The notes: a model not told the origin generated them from the letters alone. A stretch of 60,947 bases of DNA, filler included, from Mobula hypostoma (GCF_963921235.1; 5 parts of 3 records of this genome joined end to end with filler, not necessarily neighbours in it), one strand, 5' to 3'; shown: positions 37,187 to 50,624, counted from the whole stretch's first letter. Made by a program: numbers and translations.

Positions 37187-37670
37187 GTAAGAAGACACTG
37201 TGCTTCTATTGGCTCCCGTCTTCTCCTTGGCCGTAACGTGAAAACTACATCCAGATCTTATTCCACAGGGTTTAAAAAATTGTGAAGTGGTTTAGACCAT
37301 AAGACCATAAGACATAGGAGCTCCAACATTCCATCATGGTTGATCCCGGGTTGCATTCATCCCCATAAATTTGCCTTCTCACTACATGCCCTTTGATGCC
37401 CTGACTGATCAGGAAATGATCAACTTCTGCCTTAAATATACGCACAGACTTGGCCTCCACCACAGTCTGTGGCACAGCTTTGCACAGATTCACTACTCCC
37501 TCTCAACCTGTAAATTAACCTTCTGGGAATCTCACACAAGGACTCCTAAGTCCCTCTGCACCTGTGATGTTTGAATTTTCTCTCCATTTAGATAATTGTT
37601 CCTTTTACTAAAATGCATTATCATGCATTTCCCTACACTGTATTCGATCTGCCACTCTTTTCCCCATTCT

Positions 37671-38464
37671 TGGTGGCAAAAATAGGAAAACAGATTATTA
37701 TCTGAATGGTGGCCGATTAGGAAAAGGGGAGGTGCAACGAGACCTGGGTGTCATTATACACCAGTCATTGAAAGTGGGCATGCAGGTACAGCAGGCGGTG
37801 AAAAAGGCGAACGGTATGCTGGCATTTATAGCGAGAGGATTCGAGTACAGGAGCAGGGAGGTACTACTGCAGTTGTACAAGGCCTTGGTGAGACCACACC
37901 TGGAGTATTGTGTGCAGTTTTGGTCCCCTAATCTGAGGAAAGACATCTTTGCCATAGAGGGAGTACAAAGAAGGTTCACCAGATTGATTCCTGGGATGGC
38001 AGGTCTTTCATATGAAGAAAGACTGGATGAACTGGGCTTGTACTCGTTGGAATTTAGAAGATTGAGGGGGGATCTGATTGAAACGTATAAGATCCTAAAG
38101 GGATTGGACAGGCTAGATGCAGGAAGATTGTTCCCGATGTTGGGGAGGTCTAGAACGAGGGGTCACAGTTTGAGGATAGAGGGGAAGCCTTTTAGGACCG
38201 AGGTTAGGAAAAACTTCTTCACACAGAGAGTGGTGAATCTGTGGAATTCTCTGCCACAGCAAACTGTTGAGGCCAGTTCATTAGCTATGTTTAAAAGGAA
38301 GTTAGATATGGCCCTTGTGGCTACAGGGGTCAGGGGGTATGGAGGGAAGGCTGGGTTCTGAGTTGGATGATCAGCCATGATCATAATAAATGGCGGTGCA
38401 GGCTCGAAGGGCCGAATGGCCTACTCCTGCACCTATTTTCTATGTTTCTATGTTTCTATGTTTC
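37671..38464 (+). mobile_element. Young CR1 3' fragment nested in an older minus-strand CR1
   Basis: Nearly identical to 22640-23430. The flanks rejoin into a continuous older CR1 (…ccccattc|ttccaatttgtc…). Confidence 0.9.
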
Positions 38465-40500
38465 TTCCAATTTGTCTAAGTCCGGCTGCAATCGCATTGC
38501 TTCCTCAGCACTACCTACCCCTCCACCTATCTTCGTATCATCCGCAAACTTTGCCACAAAGCTATCAACTCCATTATCCAAATAACTGACAAGCAATGTG
38601 AAGGGTAGCAGTCCTAATAATTACCCCTGAGGAACACCACTAGTCACTGGCAGCCAACCAGAAAGGGCCCCTTTGTTCACACTCGCTGCCTTCTGCCTGT
38701 CAGCCATTTCTCTACCCATGCCAGTATCTTTCATGTAACGCCATAGGATTTAATCTAGTTAAGCAGCTTCATGTGTGACACCTTATCAAATATCTTCTGA
38801 AAATCTAAGTGAATGACATCCACTGCCTTCCCTTTGTCCAACTTGCTTGTTACTTCATTGAAGAATTCTAACAGGTTTGTCAGGCAAGATTTCCCTCTAC
38901 AGAAACCATGCTGACTTTGACTTATTTTATCATTAGTCTCCAAGTACCCTGAAAGTACTCCTTAATAATGGACTCAAAAAATTATTTCCCAACCATTGAG
39001 GTTAGGCTAACAGGCCTGTAATTACCTTTCTTTTGCCTTCTTCCCTTCTTAAAGAGTGGAGTGACATTTGCAATTTTCCATTCCTCTGGGACCATGCTAA
39101 AATCAAGTGATTCTTGAAAGATCATGACCAATGCATCCATTATCTCTTCAGCAACCTCTCTCAGGACTCTGGGATGGACACCATCTGGTCCAGGCAACTT
39201 AACTGCCTTAAGACCTTTGAGTTTTCCTAGAACTTTTTCCTTTATAATAGCAATGGCACTCACTCCTGCTGCCTGACACTCACGGACCTCTGGCACACTG
39301 CTAGTGTCTCTCACAGTGAAGACTGATGCAGAGTACTCAGTAAGTTCATCTGCCATTTCTTTGCCCCCCATTACTACCACACCAGCATCATTTTCCAGTG
39401 GTCCAATATCAACTGTCACCTCCCTATGACTCTTACATACCTTTAAAATCTTTTGGTATCCTGCTTTATGTTATTGGCTAGCTTGCCCTCATATTTCAGC
39501 TTTTGCCTTCTTAAGCTTTCTCAGTTGCCTTTTGTTGGATTTTAAAAGCCTCCTAATCATCCAAATTCCCACTCATTTTGCTACCCTATAAGCCCTACCT
39601 TTGGCTGTTATGCAGTCCTTTACTTCCCTTGTCAGCCACGGTTGCTATTTGATAACTTCTGTGAGAGATATCTATGTTGTGCCTTGTGAACTGTCCCCAG
39701 AAACTTCAGCCACCTCTGCTCTGCCGTCATCCCCACAAGTGTCTGGGGTATTACAGAATACCGAAACTAAGATGCCTTTTCCCCGTTAGGCTTAAGCAGA
39801 AGCTGCCCTAAAAAGTCATTTTGTAAGCATTCAACAAATTCCTTCTCTTGCAATCCGACAGCAACCTGATTTGCCCAATCCCCTTGCATACTGAGGTCCC
39901 CCATTACAATTGTAACATTACCCTTATTACTTGCCCTTTCCAGCTCCCTTTGCAATCTCAATTCCACATCTTGGTTACTATTTGGAGGCCTATATATGAG
40001 TCTCATAATTGTTTTTTACACCTGCAGTTTCTTAACTCCACTCACGAAGATTCAACATTCTCAGACTCTATGTTACCTCTTTCCAAAGATGTAATTCCAT
40101 CTCTTACCAACAGAGCCACACCACCACCTATGCCTTCCTGCCTGTCCTTTCAATACAAAGTATATCCTTTGATGTTACGCCCTCAACTATAGCCTTCCTT
40201 CAGCCATGACTCAGTGATGCCCAGAACATCAGACCGACCAACCACGAGTTTGTCCACCTTATTCCAAATACTATTCATATTTAAATACAGCATCTTCAGT
40301 CCTGCATTCTTCGCTCTTTTGAATTTTGCCTCTGTGGTACAATTTAACTCTTTGCTGTCTGCAGTTGTACCAAATCCTTCCTTACATTCATGTTACACCC
40401 ATCATCTACTTGTAAACCTGGTAGCTCATCCTCAGCTCTATCACAATGCTTCCCATCCCCCCTGCCATATTAGTTTAAACTACTTCCGACGGCTCCAGTA
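38465..40500 (-). mobile_element. Older degenerate CR1 LINE (APE-RT)
   Basis: Minus-strand LIYRPPNS, IANVTPLFKKG, SQHGFCRGKSCLTNLLEFF and DFQKIFDKV peptides. Confidence 0.85.
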
Positions 40501-41050
40501 AACCTGCCCACAAAGATATTGCTGCCCCTTGGATTGAAGTGTAACCGGTCCCCAGTCCCTTGTTAGAGGTATACAAAATTATGCAATGTATAGGTAGGGT
40601 AAATGCAAGGAGGCTTCTTTTCACTGAGGTTGGGTGAGGCAAGAATGAGAGGTCATAGGTAAGGGTGAAGGGTGTAATGTTTAAAGGGAATATGAGGAGA
40701 ACTTTGTCACTCAGAGGGCAGTGAGAGTGTTGAACGAGGTGCCAGCAGAATGCGGGTTTGATTTCAACATTGAAGGGAACTTTGGATAGGCATAAGGATG
40801 AGAGGGGTATGGAACCCTATGGTCCAGGTGCAGGTGGATGTGGCTAAGTAGATTAATCGTCCAGCATGGACTAGACAGGCCGAAGGGCCTGTTTCGGTAC
40901 TGTACTGTTTTATAGCTGTATGACTCTGAATAGGGCAGCTAATTAGACCATTTTCTGCCACAGCCAAATACCCGAGACTGGGTCAATGTAGAACCATCCA
41001 CTGTTTGTATTTTCCAAGCTGCAATTTTTTGGAATTTAACTTCTAACCAG

Positions 41051-41070
41051 GTGTTTGTGACTGTCAGTGA
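41051..41070 (+). CDS. Candidate terminal coding exon of the VJ-C1-C1 gene, GVCDCQ* (secretory tail)
   Basis: T-rich acceptor …ttaacttctaaccag|. Phase-1 reading gives G-V-C-D-C-Q-stop. Donor GG|GTAATG at 41076/41077. Speculative. Confidence 0.3.
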
Positions 41071-42859
41071 AAAGGGGTAATGCATGTTAATGATGAAACT
41101 TCAGAACCTAAAGCATCAGCTCTTTCTCACTTTCCAAAGACGCTGCTTGAACTGCCTAGTGTTCCCTTGTATTTTAAATTAACATTAATTCTTATTATTC
41201 TGAAACCTGGTCTATTGCTAGGCCTTAAGTTGGGAAAGATCCGTAGACTCTATTTTATTCTAATTTAATATAAGCATATCGGGTAGAACAAGGCTCTGTT
41301 GTCCATGTGAGTGATTAGCCTACTAACCCGTACATCTTTGCAATGCGGAGGAAACCGGAGCACCCAGAGGAAATTCACGTGGTCACAGGGAGAAAGTACA
41401 AACTTCTTACAGATAGTGGCAGGAACTGAACTTGGGTCGCTAGCACAGTAATAGCCTTACTCTAACTGCTACACTACCATGTCGCTTCTACCTGCAGACA
41501 GAAACAGAACCTGAGAAGTTAGGGATGAAACAGGAACATGGATCCAGAGAACCTTACTGGACACCGCAACAGGATTACAGGGGTGAAGTGGCTTACTTAT
41601 GCTCCAATGTGGCTACTTAATTACCCATTGTGACCGACACGCATGGACAGGTTGAAAAGGCTCGTGTGGTGTGGCCCTGCTCTAGATACCAGATCTTGCA
41701 CATTTACTCTATTCTCACACACACATAAACCAAAGCAGTTTATATTATACATTCCTATACATATACTCACTAGCCACTTTACTCCAATACCTAATAAAGT
41801 TAGCACAAGTGTATGTCTGTGGCCTTCTGCTGCTGTAGCCCATAGACTTCAAGTTTCAGCGTCTTGCAAGTTCGGAGATGCTCTTCTGCACACCACTGTT
41901 GTAAATGTGTTTAGAGTTACTGTCGTCTTCTTGTCAGCTTGAACCAGTCTGGCCATTCTCCTCTGTGTCTGACCTCTCTCACCAACAAGACATAACTGGC
42001 CACAGAAACGCCATCACTGCATTTTTTTTTTTTTTTTTGGTTATGTTTTTCCACACAATTCTTTGGAAATTCTAGAGACTTGTGCGAGAAAGTCCCCAGG
42101 AGATCAGCAGTTCCTGAGATATTAAAACACCCCGTCTGGCTCCAACATTCATTGCAAGGTCAAGGTTACTTGATCATTCTTCTTCCCCATTCTGTTGTTT
42201 GGTCTGAACAACCACTGAACCTCTTGGCAACACATACAAAATGCTGGAGAAACTCACAGGCCATGCAGCATCTGTGGGAAAAAAAAGCACAGTCGAAGTT
42301 TTGAGCTGAAACCCTGGCCTGCTGAGTTCCTCCAGCATTTTGTGTGTGTGCTTGGATTTTCCAGCATCTGCAGATTTTCTCTTGTTTGTAGCTGAACCTC
42401 TTGACCATGTCGGCATGTTTTTATGCACTGAACTGCTGCCATATGAGTGGCTGATTAGACATTAGCATTAACAAACAGCTGTACTGGTGCACCTAGTAAA
42501 GCCCGCTTTTCTTTTAGCGAATATACAGTATATATTTTCTGAAAACGCCGAGCTGGCCAGGCAGCGCATGTGGAGAGAGAAACGGTTGCTGTTTCAGGGT
42601 GATGACCTTTCATTCAAATTAGTCCGCCCTGTTTCTGTCCTGGAGACTGCCAAGGTTTTACACTAGGCAAGTCCGTCTTCTATTCACTTCAATCGGTAAA
42701 ATAGTGCACGTGGCAGCAAAGGGCAGAACTTCATCGCAACAGGTAGGCAACAGTGAGGACTGACCAAGTTTTCACAGGTTTAATTGTCAGATTGATGAGT
42801 AATACCATCTCTCAGTACAAATTGGACCTCCGGCTCCAGTGCATTAACTGTTTTATTTC

Positions 42860-42959
42860 NNNNNNNNNNNNNNNNNNNNNNNNNNNNNNNNNNNNNNNNN
42901 NNNTTAATTAATTAANNNNNNNNNNNNNNNNNNNNNNNNNNNNNNNNNNNNNNNNNNNN
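42860..42959. other. Artificial assembly spacer between the Ig-like gene and HAPLN2
   Basis: 44 N + TTAATTAATTAA + 44 N. Confidence 0.95.
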
Positions 42960-43376
42960 CTCTCTCCCCAAACGTCCTGTCCCTCTACTCCATCTCTCTC
43001 TGACGATCCTTATCGCACCCCCTTCTCAGCCCCCCAAAATTTCTTATCCCTTGGGCCACTTAGGGGTTGGTGGAATGTGCTAGATGAATGCAGAGTGCTG
43101 TTATTGCCTGCGGGCGTCCTGACAGAGGGTTGAGGGGGAGGCAGGAGCTGCCTACCAGGGTTTGGGGGAGGGAGGGGCAAAGGGCTACAGAAATGGACGT
43201 GGCCTTAACTGGATCCGCCACGCACCAGATTCGAGCAGCCGACCGACCACTCTGGGTCTGGTCAGCGCTCCGAATGAAGGGATTCCGGTGTAATGCCCGG
43301 AGGAATTCCAGCTGCCTCGGCCGGCACCTCTGCGGGTTGCTGCTCCGTCTCGGACCGTACCAAGGGGATGAGCTTC

Positions 43377-43706
<330 letters not shown>

Positions 43707-43884
43707 CTACAGATGCTGGAAATCTAGAGCAATGCACAAAATGTGCTGGAGGAGTTCAGCAGGTCAGGCATTATCTATGGATGAAAATAAACAGTCGACG
43801 ACTCCGGTCGAGACCCTCCATCGGGACTGACCACTATTTTTGCCCTTACATAGATGCTATCTGACCTGCTGAGCCCTTCCAGTA

Positions 43885-44225
43885 CTGGGTTAGACAGAGA
43901 ATCAAATTTTCTGCACCATCTCATCACACAAACTCTTGTCAGGCTCAGAGAGAAGCTCCCTCCACCATCTTATAACACACTTCCGAGATCGGATACGCAG
44001 GGAAGCTCCCATCACACACTCCCGGGGCAGACACGGAGTGAAACTCACCCTACAATGTCCCATCAGACACTCTCGGAGTCTCGGAAGCTCCCCCTACACT
44101 ATCCCGTTACACATTCTTGGTGTCAGACACGGAATGAAGCTCCCGCTACGCCGTCCCATCACACACTCCCGGAGTCAGGCAGAATGAAGCTCCATGCACA
44201 CCAGTCCTATCACACACTCCCAGGA
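43885..44225. repeat. Degenerate minisatellite of about 50 bp (cccatcacacactcccgg…cagacacggagtgaagctccc); related copies at about 9455-9600 and 49335-49515
   Basis: Recurring motifs 'catcacacactccc', 'cagacac' and 'gaagctccc' at roughly 50-bp spacing. Confidence 0.7.
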
Positions 44226-45029
44226 ACGCGGACAGTGTGGGTTGTATGATAGGTTGGGAGCCACTTTCGTCCTCCAAAAGGGGGCGCTGTCACCTGTTTC
44301 CGGCAGCGTTTTCTCCCTCATCGAGCTACCTCGTGGTCAGCAGGTCCTGAGACTAAAGGGAAAAAGGATCTCGTCACAGATCAATACGATCTGTGGGACG
44401 AAAGCAACTGCCGACGTTTCGGACCGATACCGTGCATCAACCCCACTCTCCCAACCCCTTCCCCCACAGATGCCGCTTGATGGCTGAATTTCTCTAGAAG
44501 ACAATTTGCTGCTTGATTTCAGTGTCTCCACGACTGATAGCTTGTCTTGCACATCAGGCCAAACAAAGCTGGAAGGCGAATCAGACAAGACCTGACTCCG
44601 AGATGTCCCAGAGTTGCATAGGGGCTACAGCAAGGACACAATTCGGCCCGTCATTTACGAACTGGCTTTAAGAGCAATACACAGGGTCCTACGTTCATCC
44701 TCTCCTCCCCCACGACTAATTCCTGTCGGATGATACATCTCCCTGTTGAATCTGCCGACCAAGTGTCGTTCTGAGATAGTCCCGTTTGTCAGTGACCAAC
44801 CTATGTCACTCTAAGCGTTCACTGTTCGGCCCGCGAATCTGTACTATCCAGTAACATCCCACCAATCTAATTTTATTCTCCCTATATTCCTCTCAAGTCT
44901 TCCGCCCCAGCTTCTACAGCACACTCACTCAGTGGTAGGGGAGTGGGAAGAGGTGGAATTTACAGCGGCTGATGAACCCACTGACCCCACAGATCGATCG
45001 AATGAGGGAGGAAGCGGGACACCTGGGAG

Positions 45030-45555
45030 GAAAGACATTCTTACCACGGAGGGAGTACAAAGAAGGTTCACCAGATTGATTCCTGGGATGGCAGGACTTT
45101 CATATGATGAAAGACTGGATCGACTAGGCTTATACTCTCTGGAATTTAGAAGATTGAGGGGGGATCTTATTGAAATGTATAACATTCTAAAGGGATTGGA
45201 CAGGCTAGATGCAGGAAGATTGTTCCCGATGTTGGGGAAGTCCAGAACGGGGGGTCACAGTTTAAGGATAAAGGGGAAGACTTTTAGGACCGAGATAAGG
45301 AAAAACTTCTTCACACAGAGAGTGGTGAATCTGTGGATTTCTCTTCCATAGGAAACAGTTGAGGCCAGTTCATTGACTATACTTAAGAGGGAGTTAGATA
45401 TGGCCCTTGTGGCTAAAGGGATCGGGGGTATGGAGGGAAGGCTGGTACAGGGTTCTGAGTTGGATGATCAGCCATGATCATACTGAATGGCGGTGCAGGC
45501 TCGAAGGGCCAAATAACCTACTCCTGCACCTATTTTCTATGTTTCTATGTTTCTA
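45030..45555 (+). mobile_element. CR1 3' fragment in HAPLN2 intron
   Basis: GVQRRFTRLIPGMAGLSY...RVVNLW plus the (TTTCTATG)n tail. Confidence 0.9.
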
Positions 45556-45721
45556 TGAAACCCATGCGGTCGCAGGCAGAGCGTACGAGCAGGACATACG
45601 AGAGATCGGATCGAACTTCCCCCGGGATAACCTCTCAAACTGCAGCGGAAGCTGCCGTGGACCCCCCGCAGCACTGGAGGCAGCGCCCTGGGATCCTGCT
45701 GTGCGGAGCGAAGTGACTCAC

Positions 45722-45907
45722 CCTTGATGCTGGATGTGAAGCAGAATGCGTCGTAGCGCTCCCGCTGCTTGTTCCGCAGTCCGTAGCTCCTGATGCCCGG
45801 GGGAAGATGGCGGCCCCCGCACTGATCCCGCGGCTCCATCACCGGGTACTGCACACTGCCGTCCTCCAACCAGCCCGCGTTACACCAGTCCAGGCCCCGC
45901 TCCCATT
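45722..45907 (-). CDS. HAPLN2: HAPLN2 coding exon 4 (link module 1, second half)
   Basis: 186 nt, phase 1-1, donor G|GTGAGT. Reads EWERGLDWCNAGWLEDGSVQYP...CGG...GIRSYG.R...RYDAFCFTS. Confidence 0.93.
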
Positions 45908-46628
45908 CTTGTGGGCGGGAGATCCGTGTTAGTGCGTCAACATTACCCTTCTGGTCCCTACACCCCTCTCCGTCTGTGTGAACCCCTCCGCCCCAACACC
46001 CAACCCTGTACAATACCTATAAGCCTCTTCGGTCCCTACACATCTGCCCGTCTGTTTAACACCCTCTGGCGCTTAAAACAGTGTAGCCCCATTCTCTCCC
46101 CGACCACCCCTACACTCCTGTCTCCGGGAGAGACCGGGTGCTCTTGGCTTTGATTAACTATTCGGCCTAGCGAGGCATCACGCCGCCTACAGGCGGTCCT
46201 GAAGTGGAAGATGGGATCTATCTCCTCTCACTCTTCTCAGTGAGATCATCAACAAGGGAGCGCCGACCTGCAGGTGGGGAGCTGAGGGAGCGCCCTGCTG
46301 TGGGATGGAAGCACTGGTTGAAGGAGCACCGCAATCCGAGGGGGTCGGTGAAGGAGTCGAAAGGCTCTAGCGATCTCAACTACTCTTGGTAAGACCGGCA
46401 TTCTATGTTTTAAACGGTGGTGGAGGGCTTCGGCCCCAGCCCGGCCACCGAAACCGTTTTCAGGGTGACAATCCCACTCCAACACCCCCTGTGGCTCATG
46501 TGACCATCTCCCCAGAAATTCAGGACCTGATGGTCAGTTCCCGAACACCCCAACTTCCCCCACTGTGGATACGGAGCTGACGTCGATCTTCCCTCTTCCC
46601 ATCTCTGTCGGGTTCGTCAGGAAGATCA

Positions 46629-46880
<252 letters not shown>

Positions 46881-47293
46881 TTAAAGTACTAGGGAGCACT
46901 TAGGGTCGGGGGGAGGGTTGCGGAGGTGTATGCGCCTGAGAGGTTATAGAGACGGGGAGAGTTGTAAGGTCTAGAGTGTGTCACAGAGACGTATAGGGGC
47001 GTATATCGGCCGGAAGGAGTCGCAGAAACAGGCGGGGTACAAGGCCCTGAAGGTTGTAGAGATGGAAGGGTGTAGATGCCGGAGGGACTTACAGATACGG
47101 GAAGGGACGATGAGCCGCAGAGGCGTATAGTGGCCGGTGGGGTGACAGAGAGGGATAGGGTGTAGCTACCGGAGAATGTTGCAGAGGGAGAGGCGTAGAA
47201 GGTGATAGCCACGGTGCTAACTGACTGGTGAGTGGAGTTGGAGCGGGCAGGAAGCACAGGAAAGACGGGCCGAAGGGGATGGGGGAATCCTAC

Positions 47294-47644
47294 CATCGAG
47301 CTGCAGCTCGAGCTCGGCAGCTTCGTCGTCCACGCCGTTGATGAGTTCGCACTTGAACTTCCCGGCATCTTCCAGCCGGACGTCGAGCAAAAGCAGAGAC
47401 ACGTCGTACTTGTCGAGTCTGCGGAGGTATGCCCTCCTGGCGAATGCCCCGTAGCCCTTCTGCTGGAGGCTGTTACCCACCAGCACAATGTTCTCTAGAG
47501 GCGACCCGTTCACCTTTACCCACTTCACCCGGTATCCGTTGGGCACGAACCGCATGCGGCAGGGTAACGTAGCGTTGGCCCCTCGACGGGACGTCACCAC
47601 GCTCGGGCTAGAGTTCTCCAGGTACCGGACGTACCCCAGCACGG
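47294..47644 (-). CDS. HAPLN2: HAPLN2 coding exon 2 (Ig V-set domain)
   Basis: 351 nt, phase 1-1. Reads RGANATLPC...YRVKWVKV...GYG...DVSL...VRLEDAGKFKCELINGVDDE. Confidence 0.93.
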
Positions 47645-50494
47645 CTAACCACCGGGAGTAACAGGGAGAGAGAGAGCCTAAGGTCAATAGCTCAAGACTC
47701 ACATCAAAGTCACGTTACTGTCAGGAGCACAAATTCCCCGAACTGCAACTCGCAGCAGTGTCACAGGAACGTGGAAACATAAATCACCTAATATGCCAAC
47801 ATAATTTTATATTTATCCGGAGGGCACTTAACATTCTTAATGATTCCTCCCATCTGTCCAACATTCTCTTTGACCCCCTACTATCGGGCAGGAGGTACCG
47901 CAGCATTACAACAAAAACTGTTAGAATGGAAAACAACTTCCTCCCTCAGGCCGTAAAATACTGAACTCGCTGCCACCACCCAGGTCTCATCATACATGAA
48001 GCACCGGTAGAGTTATACTGTTTACTTTTTAACTTGCAACGTAGGTGCGCCTTAATATTTGTCAATTTGTTTGCGGTAATGTTACTTTCTGTGTTGTGAG
48101 TGTGAGTTATAGGTATGGTGTATTGAGCACCTTGGTCCGGAGGAACGTTGTTTCTTTTGGCGATATACGTGTGTACGATTGAATGACAATAAACTGAACT
48201 TGAACTAAAATTATATAAGACAACGAACATTATGATGCAGAAGGTGTGAGCGTAAAAATGAGCGTAAAGTAGGTACAGGGGAGATGTCAAGGGTAAGTTT
48301 TTAACGCAGAGAGTGGTGAGTGCCAGTGACGGTGGTGGAGCCGCATACGATAGGGTCCTTTAAGGGACTCCTGGATAGGTACATGGAGCTCAGAAAAATA
48401 GAGGGCTATGGGTTGCCCTGGGTAGTTTCTAAGGTAAGGACATGTTCGGCACAGCTTTGAGGGCCGAAGGGCCTGTATTTTGCTGTAGGTTTTCTACGTT
48501 TCTATGTTTCTAAAAATCAGAGACAGGTCCATGGTATTAACCTTATAACTATATAACAATTACAGCACGGAAACAGGCCATCTTGGCCCTCTAGTCCATG
48601 CCGAACGCTTATTCTCACCTAGTCCCACCGACCTGCACTCAGCCCATAACCCTCCATTCCTTTCCTGTCCATTTGGCTATCCAATTTTACTTTAAATGAC
48701 AATATCGAACCTGCCTCTACCACCTCTGCTAGGAGCTCATTCCACACAGCTACCATTCTCTGAGAAGTTCCCCCTATGTTACCCCCAAATTTTTGCCCCT
48801 TAACTCTCAACTCCTGTCCTGTTGTTTTACTCTCCCCGACTCTCAATGGAAAAAGCCTATCCACGTCAACTCTATCTATTCCCCTCATAATTTTAAATAC
48901 CTCTATCAAGTCTCCCCTCAACCTTCTACGCTCCATATTCCGTATTGCGGGAGGTGGCCGCTTGTGTCCCGTTGCTGAGTTATGGTTGGGGCCGCGCACG
49001 TCGGTGGCTGAAGGACAGGAGCTCTCACTGACCCCAGTGGTGTGGGACATTAGGCTCCGGTATCTGCTGCTTGACAGTAGCGGTGAGAAGAGAACAAACT
49101 CCCTAACCGTATATCAACGTGGATTAGACACAGAACAATTTTCTTTAACGCATTTGGTCTAGGAAACTAAGAGCCGGGCTTTCCTGCACACTGTGCGATC
49201 GCCATCTGGTGGTGATAAGCTGCCTTCTTAAACCGCTGTAGTAATTGAGATGTGAGTAAAAGCCAATAACAGTACTGCCGTTGGAGAAGGGAGTCCCAGC
49301 GACGGTGAAAGAACGCTGATATATTTCCAAATTAGTCCAGCTCTCTCTACACCGTCCCATCAAACACTCACAGGGTCAGACACTGGGCGAAATTCACTCC
49401 ACACCGTCCCATCACGCACTCCTGGGGTCAGACACAGTGTGGAGCTCTCTCTACCCTGTCAGGTGGACAGACTCCCGGGGATAGTCAAAGAAACTCCCTC
49501 TGCACTGTCCCACAGGTTTCTCTGAATTTTCTCTTTAACGAGTGCCCCATCCTGTGTACTCGTGACATATGGAACCCGGTGAACCCGACAGGTTCGCTAA
49601 GGTGAAGTTCTGACTGCTCCCTATCCCTCCTCCTATGGCCCCACTTGTCTCTGGAATGGTACTGCCTTGTGCTCAGCTGCTCAGTCTTGATCTGATCTTC
49701 GCCACTGTAAACACTGCATCGTTATCCTGGCCTAGCTGGATTCCGTGGAATTTCTGCTGGAGCTTTCCAGACCATTCTTCACAGTCTCTCGTCCGCAAGC
49801 TTTCTACGCTTTGTCCATTTCAGCTCTCTACAGGAAGGATGGGATTAAACTAGAGAGGGGTCAAAAAAAGATTCACAGGGACCTTGTCTGGAATGCAGGG
49901 CTTGAGATATGAAGACAGATTTGATAGCGGGGTTTACTTTTCCTGGAGCGAAGGAGGTTGAGGTGAGGCACGGAAGGGGTTTTATAAAAACAGATAGCGC
50001 AGCAGCTGTGTGTTTACAAACGTGGGGTTCCGCGGATTCTGGAAATCCAGAGCAACACACGCGCGCACAAAATACTGGAACAGCTCAGCAAGTCAGCCGC
50101 TCGGCCCCTCTATGGTAGAGCAATAAATAGTCGACGGTTCGGGCCGAGATCTTTCATTAGGACTGTAGATGCAGGGAATTTTGAGCAACAGGCACAAGAT
50201 TGCTGGAGAAACTCAATAAATTCAGATCGGAAAGTCCTGGTGAAGGGTGTCGGCCCTAAACGTCGACTATCCATGGACGCTGCCTGACCGCAGAGTTCCT
50301 GCACCATGTTGTGTGAGAGTAAGATCGATGGTGACCGCGCTATATATTTCTTCCCCTAACTGGCGAAACCAGAAATATCGCGGACTCCTGGGAGGATTTT
50401 AAGTTGACGGAATGAAAGATCAGTGCAGGGAGGATTACCGGGCAACGTGTGGCCCGAGCTAGTCTACTAGGAAGGGTGAGGAGGCTGGCAGTAC

Positions 50495-50624
50495 CTTGAT
50501 CTCCGCGGGTGCGCTGCCTGAGGTCCTCGGTATAGTGTCCCCCCTGGGCCGTGTAGTATATCGGACCGGCCTGGGCCAGGCTCCAGCCACAGGCCAGAGT
50601 TAGCAGCATGATAGGCGTCCTCAT
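50495..50624 (-). CDS. HAPLN2: HAPLN2 coding exon 1 (signal peptide + N-terminal peptide); exon extends to acceptor at 50667
   Basis: MRTPIMLLTLACGWSLAQA signal followed by GPIYYTAQGGHYTEDLRQRTRGDQ. Donor G|GTACTG, phase 1. The five exons total 1071 nt, or 356 aa + stop. Confidence 0.8.
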
